This document shows, one piece after another, positions 39,051 to 49,440 of a stretch of DNA of 64,000 nucleotides (positions are counted from its first letter, which is position 1; each line of letters starts with the position of its first letter). The stretch is from Takakia lepidozioides (Eukaryota > Plantae > Bryophyta), in assembly GCA_030704615.1 (NCBI GenBank), contig CM060734.1:52142001-52206000 (forward strand). The letters are read 5' to 3'. The position numbers and the translations under genes are program-made. The notes below the pieces were generated by a model that saw nothing but the letters and a program-made list of their open reading frames with translations, did no database searches and was not told where the DNA came from.

Positions 39051-42000
39051 TTCATCCGGATACTGCCACACAATAGGTGTGGTATCCAATGGTGACAACT
39101 GAGGTGGTCCTGGTGCAATACCCGCACTCTCCTCCTCTCCTGACGGTACAAAAGCCTCTACCCAGGCTTGTTGCACCCGTCGATCAGCAACCTGCTGCAA
39201 ATCCTTGCTCGTACCCCACAATGGAGTGTGAGCAACCATGGCAGGCAACTCCGCCATACCATGCATGTCATCCTGCTCTGATGGAGGTGGCACATCCTCT
39301 GCATGAGCATTGCCTTCCAGCAACTCTCCAGGCCAACTAACTGCAGCTGTAAAGGCGGCTAGTGTTGGCATATTGCCCCATTGGGCAGCCGCAATACCCC
39401 CAATGAATGTCACAGGGAGTTGTGCACGACGACCATCCCCTGACTGCCATCCAGGCATGTAGGATGCTGACTCCTCCCAAAAGTCCAGGGTGAAGCCCAT
39501 GGGATATAACACTGCTCCACCAACAAGGACATCGTAAGAGACCGCGTCTGTCACAATGGCCTTGGCTTGCATCACTGAGCCATCTACATGATGATCTACT
39601 TGTAGTCCAATGGCCAACTCACGCCGTGTCATGCCCCGAGCCTGCTCTGATCCTCCCAGAGATGTCTGTGTCTGGAAATGACAAGGCTCCATATCCGCCT
39701 CCATGAGGCCCAAACCTGCAATAGCAGCTCTGCCCAACATCAGTGGCTCAGCTCCCGAGTCCAACAAGACCCGCAGTGGCCGGTACTTCTTGCCTGCCGG
39801 TCCACTCAAAGAGAAAATGTCATCCTGGTTGTCTAACAAGACAACTCCAGGTGTCACCATGGCACGCTCAAAGGCTGGCCTAGCTGGCAGCTCCGTCAAC
39901 CTGGCAGCTGCAGCTTGCCATGGCGCAGCCGTGGCAGTCTTGACCCTCAAATCTGAGGATTCCTCTGCCACTACACCTTCTAGTAACTCCGCAGAAGATG
40001 AAGTGACCTCCCCATTCTCACAGAGTGTTGCTGCTAGTCTGAACATTGCAGCTGGTCTTACCCCCGGCGTCGCAATCATGGTTGTCGAGAACAGTGGGGC
40101 TTGACACACAGAGGTGGCTGCCCCCAACAACACACCGGCTGCACTAGCCTTGGCAGCAGGTGTCAGTACTGCACGTGTAGCTCTCCCCAATGGCATAGAA
40201 ACCTCCGCCTCGGTAACAGTCGGGCGAGAACTAGGTGCCATGGATGGCGTTGACACTGTCTCCGCCAAGGTGAATGACTGAGGTAGCCTCGCCTGACGGC
40301 TTGCCTCCCCACGTTGTGGATCCAACTCCACCTCTGCACTTCGTGGCTCAGGAACTCATGCTACTCCTCGAGTCACGGCTGCAGCAGACTCCACCTGCTC
40401 TAGTGGTAGTGCTGCTCCGCACATGAATCCCATGCCTCCCATATCTCCTCCCTCAGGAACAGGAGGTGGACCATCCCGCCTGGGAGCCGGTACTGCCTGA
40501 GCTGTAGCCATGGCAGCGAGCCTCTACTCTAGCTGCTGAAGCCGGTTGGCCATGCCTTGGTCAACACCCTGACCTCCGCGTCCTTGGCCATGTTGAGCTT
40601 GCCCTTGGCCTGCACCTCGTGCCCGACCACCTCGTCCTCTCTGGGCTGGTCCACCTCGCCCCCGGCCACCATTGTTCCCTTGGAACTGGCCTGGGTGCAA
40701 CTCAAGATGCAAGTCATAACACTGGGCATCTCCATGCCCATACTTGCCACAATGCCCACACTGCAACTGTGCAGGCTATGTTTGTGCCGGCCTTTTGCCA
40801 CTCTCTGGGCAATCTCTCTTGACATGGGGTCCTCCACATGTCCAACATATCACCCCTGGTTGTTGTTGGCCTGCAAAAGATGCCACGGGCCTCTGCACCT
40901 GAGGTCCCCTGTAAGCTCCATGGAACTTGGGTTGGGAAACCTTGCCCCCCTGACCACGCTGTTGGGCAGTCCCTTGTGCCTGTGGGCTGGCAGCTGCGCC
41001 TCGTGCAGACATGTCCTTGCCAAACCCAATGGTAACAACTCGCTCCTCCACCATGTTGAGCTCTTGGAAGCAGAGAGAGAATGAATGACAGCTATGATCT
41101 ACCCAGAGATAGAAATGATCCCGCTCAGCCAGCAGAAACACATCTGCTAATGTGGGTTGGGCTGCTTGTAACAGGGTTGCATCCCGCACCCTTCTCCTGA
41201 GCTCCTTGTCCAAAATTCCATACCAGAACTGGATTGCCTGAGCTTCAGTATCCCCTTGGGTCACACTTATCAAGCGTCTCATACGAGTGTAGGCCTCTGG
41301 CAAGCTCTCACTGGGTTTGCGCTGGAAGTCTTGCAAACTTCGCAGCTTCTTTGTCCGTACACCTTGGTAGTTCCTCCGCAACTCCTGGAAGAACTCCACC
41401 ACCGGGTTGAATCTAGGCACATGTGTTGTAATCGTGGTAGGAGGAGTAGTAGCACCTTTTGAACTGGTACCACCTGCAGAAGTACCGGCACTACTTGTTC
41501 CACTACTAGTGCTGGTAGTGGGAGATATTGGTACTGATGCAGCTACTGGTCGCGTCGTGCCTCGAGTAATGGAGACGTAGTCAGGTGACCAATACATCCT
41601 CCACTCCTCAATCTCTGCTTCATGTCCTCGCCTGAACTCGTGGTAATCGTCCATAGGCGGGCCTTCCAAATGCTGGAACAGTCCCTTCCACGCCATGAAT
41701 GGGGTGAATAGCTGTGGATTGCGCATCTGCTGCAAATCACACCAGCTGTCGAACTCCTGGATAAAGTCATCCAACTCAATTGTGCCCACAGCTCCAGAGT
41801 ACCTACGAGGCCCCTTGGTAGCTCCATACATCTCCTCCATGTCGTCCCACAACAATGGCGAATGAAACTGCACACCTGTTGATGAAGCCTCCGAGTCTGT
41901 GTCTAACTCTACAGTAGTTGAGGGTGGCGGTGAAGGTGGTCTGAACCGAATACCTCGTCTTGTGAACCCACTCTCACTGTTACTGCCTGTAGCCGTACTC

Positions 42001-42056
42001 CCCTCAAAACCCTTGGGTAACTCCGTAATGACACTCACAATGTGCACCTCCTCCAC
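39051..42056 (-). pseudogene. E3 Gag (two CCHC knuckles) and aspartic protease
   Basis: 426-aa ORF 40776-42056 with CWTCGGPHVKRDC; then CGHCGKYGHGDAQC; protease VLLDSGA and YDVLVG. Confidence 0.9.
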
Positions 42057-43714
42057 GTGGCACTATAAGGCTCTAGTACTAATCTAATAGTGACACGGGT
42101 GGGCACATGTTGCAGTCTAAGGGTCATATCCCAATGGCTTAGGGCACCTGCACCTGCATCCACCGCAAGAACTCCTATGGTTGGCTGGTCATCAACCCAG
42201 TCTCACCATAGAAGAAACACTGGTGGTCTTGCTGGTCATCACTCCAGCCTCACCACCGACAACATACTCTAGGATTGACCGGTGATCAAATCCGGCCTAA
42301 TCCCTATGAAAGCAAGCGCCCACACAAAACCAACATGGCACACAGTCAAGCATGCAGGTGTTGGGGGGGATCCAAACACAAGAAATCAAAACATCAACAC
42401 CCCCACACCAAAATCCATCTGCAGTGCTGACCTGCAGAATATCCCAGCCCAAAACCCCGGACTGACTGGCCTCCACCAAGAGAGGCTTTGGCAACTACAA
42501 GTACAAAGTAATGAAAATAGTAAAGAGATGGAGGGGAAGAATAGAAGCCCGACCAAGCAAGATCTAATCCTGATCTATGCTATCAACTGCCAGACTTCTC
42601 TCAAAGTGCCTCGCTCTGCATGATGGTAAGGTATAGGAGGTATATCTATGTCCAAAAACCTGCCACTAACCTTGTCCCAAGCTACAGTAGCTCGCTCTAA
42701 CCAACCCTCCTCCTCTTTCTGCTAGGTAGAGACAAAGCAATACTCCCCTATCTCCCGCTCACTGAACACTAAAGAAAACAAAGGTAGGGTCTGATAGTCT
42801 CTCAACTCGAAAGCTTTGAGACGGTTGCGGGTGTCCTCATTGCGAATGACTGCATCTCCCTCAAGCAAAACAAACTTGTCATTGTTAATGAACCCCCGCT
42901 CATGGTTGCCTTGTGCAGAGTGTGTCCGGCTGCAACCATGTCTGATTGCACAAACTTGTGTAGCTCCTGCTCCTCTGCTCCAGTACACCACGGCCTTGTG
43001 GCTGAACACCTGGTCCCCGGGGCTGTCTTTGGCTGTGTTCCAAGCCTAGCTTTCACCCACTTTGGTATTTCACCTACAGCTGCAGAACTGCTGGCTCCAA
43101 CAGAGTTCTGACTGTCCAAAGCAATATTGAGGCCCTCAACGCCAACTACAACAGTTTGTTGTCCACTGCTAATGCCTGACTCCCAGTATGCAATCAACTC
43201 GTCCAACTGTTCTCCACTCAAATCAGTCTGAGTTCCTTGGGAAACATAAATCCTATCCCCTTGTGTGCACAGGCTAAGAGAAGAAACCTGCCCTTCAATT
43301 ACGTCCTCATTTCCCCCAGCCATACAAGGAGTACATCCACAGATTTGTCTCTCATATAGACTAGCACAGGTTCTAGAAACAGAATTGTGGATCTTTCATG
43401 GCACACTCACACTCTAAAAATTCCATAGATTTTTAGCAGAGTCCTAAAAACAAAAACCAGGTCTAGATTGGTAGATTTCCCCTTTTTGCAGCTATCCCCT
43501 CAAAAACTGAGTCAAACAGAGCCCATTTGACAAAGATATAACCAATTTGGCTCTAAATCATTCAAATTAGATCAAAGGCCCCCCCCTTTTAGGTTTTCAA
43601 ATTTAAAAATTTAAAGTTGCACCCAAAATATCTGGTAACTGGTTCCCGGTTCCCTAAGTTCTATATGGTTTCCTCGGTTCCCTGGCCACGTGCGTGCTGT
43701 TCCCCTCCGTTTCA

Positions 43715-43900
43715 TTTGAGTTCAACAGCGTTGTGAGATCCGAAATTTCAAGTAGAGTGAGGCTGGAAATTTCATCAACTAGCCTGTGAATCTTCTCCGA
43801 TGGCGGGGGCATCTGAGCTCTGGCGATGGCGGATCTGCTCCTGCGCTCTTGCTCCTCTTCCTCGAACTGGGCCTGCACGCTGCGGCTGAGGATGGAGCCT
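43715..43900 (-). pseudogene. Captured fragment of organellar ribosomal protein L7/L12 (N-terminal dimerisation domain) inside the E3 leader
   Basis: PPSEKIHRLVDEISSLTLLEISDLTTLL matches the L7/L12 N-terminal signature (..I..LTLLE..DL), then truncates. Confidence 0.65.
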
Positions 43901-44189
43901 GCAACAGTGAGCGGCAGCAGGACGAGGCAAGAACTGACTCATAGCAGGGAGCTCCCCTGCTCTGCAATGGGCCCCGTCTTCTTTGCCTCCTGTGGCTGTA
44001 ACATTTTTCCCCCATCTACCTCACAAATTCACTGCTGTTCCTTTACTTCTGACCTTTTATCACTCCAGTGGGACAGAGTACAAACACAGCAACCAGTGCC
44101 ATATTCTGTTTAGGGAGAGGCCTACAGTAGTAGTCCTGAACTCAAAACTCCACTTTATGTCCCACCCTGCCAGCCCTTGCAGGAACATC

Positions 44190-44945
44190 CAATCAACTGT
44201 CGTTCAATCTCTGATGATGGTGTACTCATTTGCCAGCATATCCATATGGCTTGAGTTAAGCTGAAAAAGAAGCTTTTCATCATCAGTTTGTGCAAAGATA
44301 GACTGCAGGGTGAGCACAGTAACAAGAATTCCAGTCGATGAATCCCTTTCCTCGTTCATGTGTACCTTATAACCAAATAAAAGATAGCAGGCCTCCCTGA
44401 AAATTGAGATCTTGTTTGCAAGACTTGCCGGTACCGAGCTTAACGCTTCTCAAGTGATATCACCCGCTGAGTGAGCTCGGCAACTTCCATGGCCTGAACG
44501 TTGCCACTCCCCTTGGCAGACCCCAAGTCTCTTGCACTCCCATCGCCCAGGCTATGCGGCCTCGCTCCAGTGTATCGAGCTTCTCACGCAGTGCTTCCAC
44601 TTCAGCTTGCAATGCTTCTTGTCGGTCTTCTCTGTGGGCCTCTGCTTCAGGATTGTTGATCAAATGCAGCACCTTGGTTGTTGACCGGTCATATTCACCG
44701 TGTCCTAGCTTGGACTCCAAGACTGCAACCTCCTGCCGAAGTCTCTCACTCTCCTGCTGCAAGGACTTGACACTCTCATGGGTTTGGTTGAGCTCTTCGG
44801 ACAGATTCTCAGCCTCCCGCCGTTGTTCAGTTGACGCATTGCTGCTTCTTGCAATGACCTCTTCCAAATGAATTGCATTATATTGAGCCTCTGTGAGAGC
44901 CACTTGCAATTCCTTGATGCGCTTATCCTTGGCCTTCTCCGACAT
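44190..44945 (-). pseudogene. MAD1: Captured intron-less C-terminal fragment of spindle checkpoint protein MAD1 inside the E3 leader
   Basis: LESKLGHGEYDRSTTKVLHLINNP (Mad2-interaction motif region). After frameshifts: KISIFREACYLLFGYKV..LQSIFAQTDDEKLLF..MDMLANEY. Confidence 0.8.
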
Positions 44946-46084
44946 AGCCAGTGAGGAAGATGTCGCGAGGAGATGGGCTGTTTGAACTCTCCAGGGTTTT
45001 GTGAGGGCGCGAATCGGGCCTACAACATACAGATGTGACTTTTAACTCCCAAAATGTATGGGCCTAAGCAGCTCTCCAGCTATCCATTTCACTCCCGGCA
45101 CTTTGTATTCATCCTAGGGACGTTGTGGTAGTGCAGATATCAGCGTTCACAGCTTGCCAGCGCTGCTCCATGCTGCACGGTAGAGCTTCTCTATAAGCTT
45201 ACTGGGGAAACAATCATCCAGCTTCAAGGATCACGCATAGGTGCCAACTAGCATTTGCTGCTGCATTTTTAAGTCTCTCCTTGTGTGCTCCAAAGCCTTT
45301 GGTGACTTGGTAGCTTCAGCGACTGCAATAACAGTGGCGGCTCCGGCATCGTCATCCTCCAGGCGTTTCAGGGCACGCTGAATCTTGTGATCACATTCAA
45401 TGATATGCTTCTCAAACTAAGCACTACTTACACACGGGTAATCTTGCAAGTGCTAACCCTCAACTCCTACCTTGTAGTCACAGGTAAGATAACATCTCTC
45501 TCGAGTGATAAACAAGCTAAAAGGGCACACACTTTCAACACAAGAAATATGAAATCCATCGCTATCACTCTTTAAAATAAAAGTCGAGCCAGGGGCACCC
45601 CAAGCTATGGGGACTCCACCCCACAACAACCTACACTCCCATCATAAAGCACACTCAGATCTAAACGCATGAAGGAAGCTCGGTCGCGCAGACTCAACTC
45701 GAGAGAGATGAGCTGCGCGACTGCCGCTCTCATGAAGATAAGACGGTTCAGGTATCAAACTAAACTTGACACCTGACTTAACACTTGACCTAAATCCAAG
45801 TGTTAAGTACAAATAACTAGCTTTATTCTAGTCGTTTTCACACTGTGCTTATTTAACTTGACACGGACCCTAAAACCGAGGGAAAAAGTGGGCCTATTGC
45901 CGTGGATGCAAACTCCACTACAAGGATGCAATCTCCTTTCCATCAGACCAAAGACAGAAAGGCTCCAAAAAACAATGTGGCACGAATGTGCGATGAAAAA
46001 TTGACGGATGAATGTAATGGATGAACGTTGGATGAGTGTCGGATGAAAAATTGCCCAGATGAGTGAGCCATAATTCCAGCCCAG

Positions 46085-46400
46085 AAGATCAGCCAGATTA
46101 AGGTGGCGTCAACGCCACCTTAATTTGGCACATTCGGGGAGAAAAAACAATATTTGTTTTTTGTTTTTGGTTTTTTTGTTTTTTGAAAAACTTGCAAATG
46201 AACCCAACCGGGCCTGCTTTGCAAGCAAAAGACCTGGCCTTTACCCCACATGGATTTCTGGTCATCTCGAAGAAGGACATGACAACGAATCATAAGTTAT
46301 GTGGTCCGAGCAATATGTAGATGCCATTCACCCCAAATAACACACCATAAGACCATCCGGATTAAGGTGTCGTTGACAACAACTTAATCTGGCACATTTG

Positions 46401-46448
<48 letters not shown>

Positions 46449-46700
46449 TTACAAATGAACCCAACCGTCCCCTGCTTTGCAAGCAAAAGACCCGGCGTTT
46501 ACCCAACATGGATTTCTGGTCACATGGAAGGACATGACAACGAATCATAAGTTATGTGGTCCGAGCAATTTGTAGATGTCATTCACCCCAAATAGCACAC
46601 GAAGACCAGCCAGATTAAGGTGGCGTCAACACCACCTTAGCACATTCGGGAAAAAAGAAAAACGGATTAAGGTGGCGTTAAGGTGGCGCATTCAGGAAAA
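46085..46700. repeat. ~260-bp tandem duplication (about 2.3 copies) with a palindromic head and a (TA)n tract at 46403-46444
   Basis: attaaggtggcgtcaacgccaccttaat at ~46097, with variants at ~46361 and ~46614; downstream blocks are duplicated. Confidence 0.8.
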
Positions 46701-47559
46701 ATAAAATAAAATCAGATATTTTTTTTTATTTTTTATTTTTGAAAAACTTGCAAACAGATTTTGAGTTATCATGTTATGCGGAGGTTGCCGCGGGCGATTT
46801 AGTCTCCTCTCATCTCCCCCTCCTATGTTTTACGACAAAGATGGTTTTGTGCAGAGCAGGGCTAGTGTCTTCATAGACAGTTGTGCCTTCGTTTTGGACA
46901 CTGACTCCAATAGCAATGGATATTCTTCGTCGGAATGAATCGGCTGTTTTCAAACGATTTTTATTAAAGCATCAAATGACCTCTCCACCTTCTTTGCAAT
47001 TGGCTGTGAGCATCTCTCTCAACTTAGGATACCTGGTAAAAAGACAACCACAACCCTCCTCAGTTGGCAAGGATTCATTCTGGAGCCCGGGGGATTTGGC
47101 AACCACTACTACAAAACGCTTCTTAATTTCCATTCATCCACAAACTACATTCATCCATGTGCCATTCGTCCATCCACCATTCATCCACCATTCATCCGTC
47201 ATTCATCCATGACGACCTTGTAGGTATGCATGTTATACTGGACACCACCCGCAATAATAGGTCCTCTAAGCCGAACAGGTGTCCGCTGTTATAGGTGAGC
47301 AGATCCTGATGCGTGGGCATAATTCTGCTCACGGAATTTTCTGCTCACGCTTCAGCTGGCTATGAAAATAAAAGGGGCTAAGAGATAATTAGGGGGAAAG
47401 GGGTGAGCACACAAGCTAAGGGCTTATGAGAAAGCAAACACCCACAGGAGGAGAGCTTACTGTAGAAGCTAAAAAACTAGAGTCTTAATGCGAGCTACAC
47501 ATTCATTCCGGTGACGCCAGTTGATATCCAATTCCTCAGATTCAGGAAGGGGGCTTCCA

Positions 47560-49440
47560 TGCTTCGGGGAGCAGATGCTTTCAGGTGACTCGGAGTCCGA
47601 GATGCGAGAGCAGAGAATGCCGTTCTTGCCCCAGGAGAGGTCAAAAGCTTGAAGCAACTTTGATTTTGTCCGAGATGAGCACCTACAAACAGCTGCCAAC
47701 AGCGAAAACCAAGCTTTCCTCCCCTCAGTCATCAGGTCTGAATAAATGTGAGACATAATCAAACTGATGCTCAAACAGAAGATCACAGTGCCTAGCCTTC
47801 CAAATCTGCCAAGAGTGTGATCTAAGACGGCCACACAGAGCAAGAAGGGCTAATCTGCGAGGAATCCGAGTTTAGCAGAAGGAAAGAGAGGGAGAGAGGG
47901 GGAAGAGGGAGCCAATTGGGCGCATAGAACCAAGAGATCAGTCTCCAGACTACACTGGCAAGAGGGCATAGCACCAAACAATGCTCAATTCCAACGTTCT
48001 ATGAGCAGGAAGGACAGGGCTTCCGAATGAGATCATTACGAGGAGAATCCACAGGGAGAAGCCGATTACCAGTTTCCAAAGGAAGGCGCTGACCTTGGCA
48101 GCCTTGTCCTTGCGCCATATTTCTTTCCAGAGCTTCTTCCACAGAGAGGGTACGGCCCATGTTCCACTTCTTGTTCCTGCATGAAGCTGTACGGGAACGA
48201 GGGGGCCGAAGGAGGGAGTAGCCCAGCTTGACAGAGTAACCAAAAAAAGGGGTGTGACTAGAGTCCATCCATGACCATTCCCCAGGGTCAAATTGAAGCC
48301 TGGCAATTGGAGCTTGGATAAACCAAATAAGAATAAGCAATCCAGGAGAGCTCACCCCCAGGCGGGGGCATTAAAGGATTGCAGCCACCGTCCTTAGAGT
48401 TGATGATCCGAATGTCAAAGAGATTGGAAGAAGGCCCGAGGGAGAACTGACCAGCCAAGGAAAGGGAGCCCTTTGTATCTGTAAGAAATCCCAAGCCAGA
48501 GGCAGAGTCGAGGGCCAGAGAAAGCACCATAATGACATGGCAGGGGAAGCTCGGAGGGCAACCTTTCCAGGCTGGAGTAGGGCCGAAAGGGGACCAGACA
48601 AAAGAAGAAATAGGCGTCTACATCCCGACCCGATAGCTAGTCTCGTTTCCTCGTCCAGCTCCAACAGGCGACGGTGGCTCCGACCTACCAAAGAAACTGG
48701 AAATACTAGAAGTAATTATGCCAGCTCCGAGTAGCCCTGCTCTTCCCAACCAACTGGGCAACAAGTTGGTCAGAAAGAAAACAACCATTCTCCCAAATGT
48801 GGCCAATGCAATCCAGGCCAGAGGACTCCCAGTGCGTCCATTTGGGGGAGAGCTTGGCCAAGCACTCAGAGTCCGAATTAAGATTCCCAAACAGAGGCTG
48901 ACGACAGATCTCATCAAATGAAACAAGGGACCGAAGGGTCAGATGGTCCCTAATTTGAAGCCAAGCCTTCCATATAGATTTCCAAGCCAGAGAACCTGAA
49001 CGAGAGAAGCTCCTATCACCTTGCATCAACCATTTAAGCGATCGAGGGAGGCCAAGCACCAGCTGAGGCCGAGGGCGAAGACTCCATCAGATGGGGCTGA
49101 ACCAGCAAACACCAGGGTCTGTCACTCTGAATCAGGGCCCTAGAATCCATTTAGCCAGGAAGGCATTAATCTGAGCTTGGGGGTTAAGGACACCCAGACC
49201 ACCATCTGACTTGTGCGACAGATCTGATCCCATGCCACCAACGCTCGACGACTGGAGGAGAGGGATCCCCCTAGAGAAAGTTTCGGAGCAAGGCCTTGAT
49301 TTTTGAAATAAAGGAAACACTCGGTGCCCATGAAGCAGAGTAGTATCAGGTCAATAACAAGACCTGATTGAGAATAAGAGCTCTACCTGCCAGAGATAAC
49401 ATGGCCGAGCTCTAGTAAGCGAGCTTGGCTTTAAGCTAGA
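47560..49440 (-). mobile_element. L1-type LINE ORF2 3' remnant
   Basis: LSLAGRALILNQVL, VAWDQIC..DGGLGV, LAKWI, SLAWKSIWKAW and KEIWRKDKAAKVSAFLWKL (zf-RVT-like region). Confidence 0.8.

Larger units (their letters stand above)
33963..45863 (-). mobile_element. E3: most complete DNMT/PHD-bearing Gypsy-type retroelement with split terminal repeats; TSD cgga
   Basis: B' 33963-34049, A' 34050-34403, gc, B 34406-34491, PPT from 34492, internal region, PBS 45493-45505, A 45506-45863. cgga lies at 33959-33962 and 45864-45867. Confidence 0.92.
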
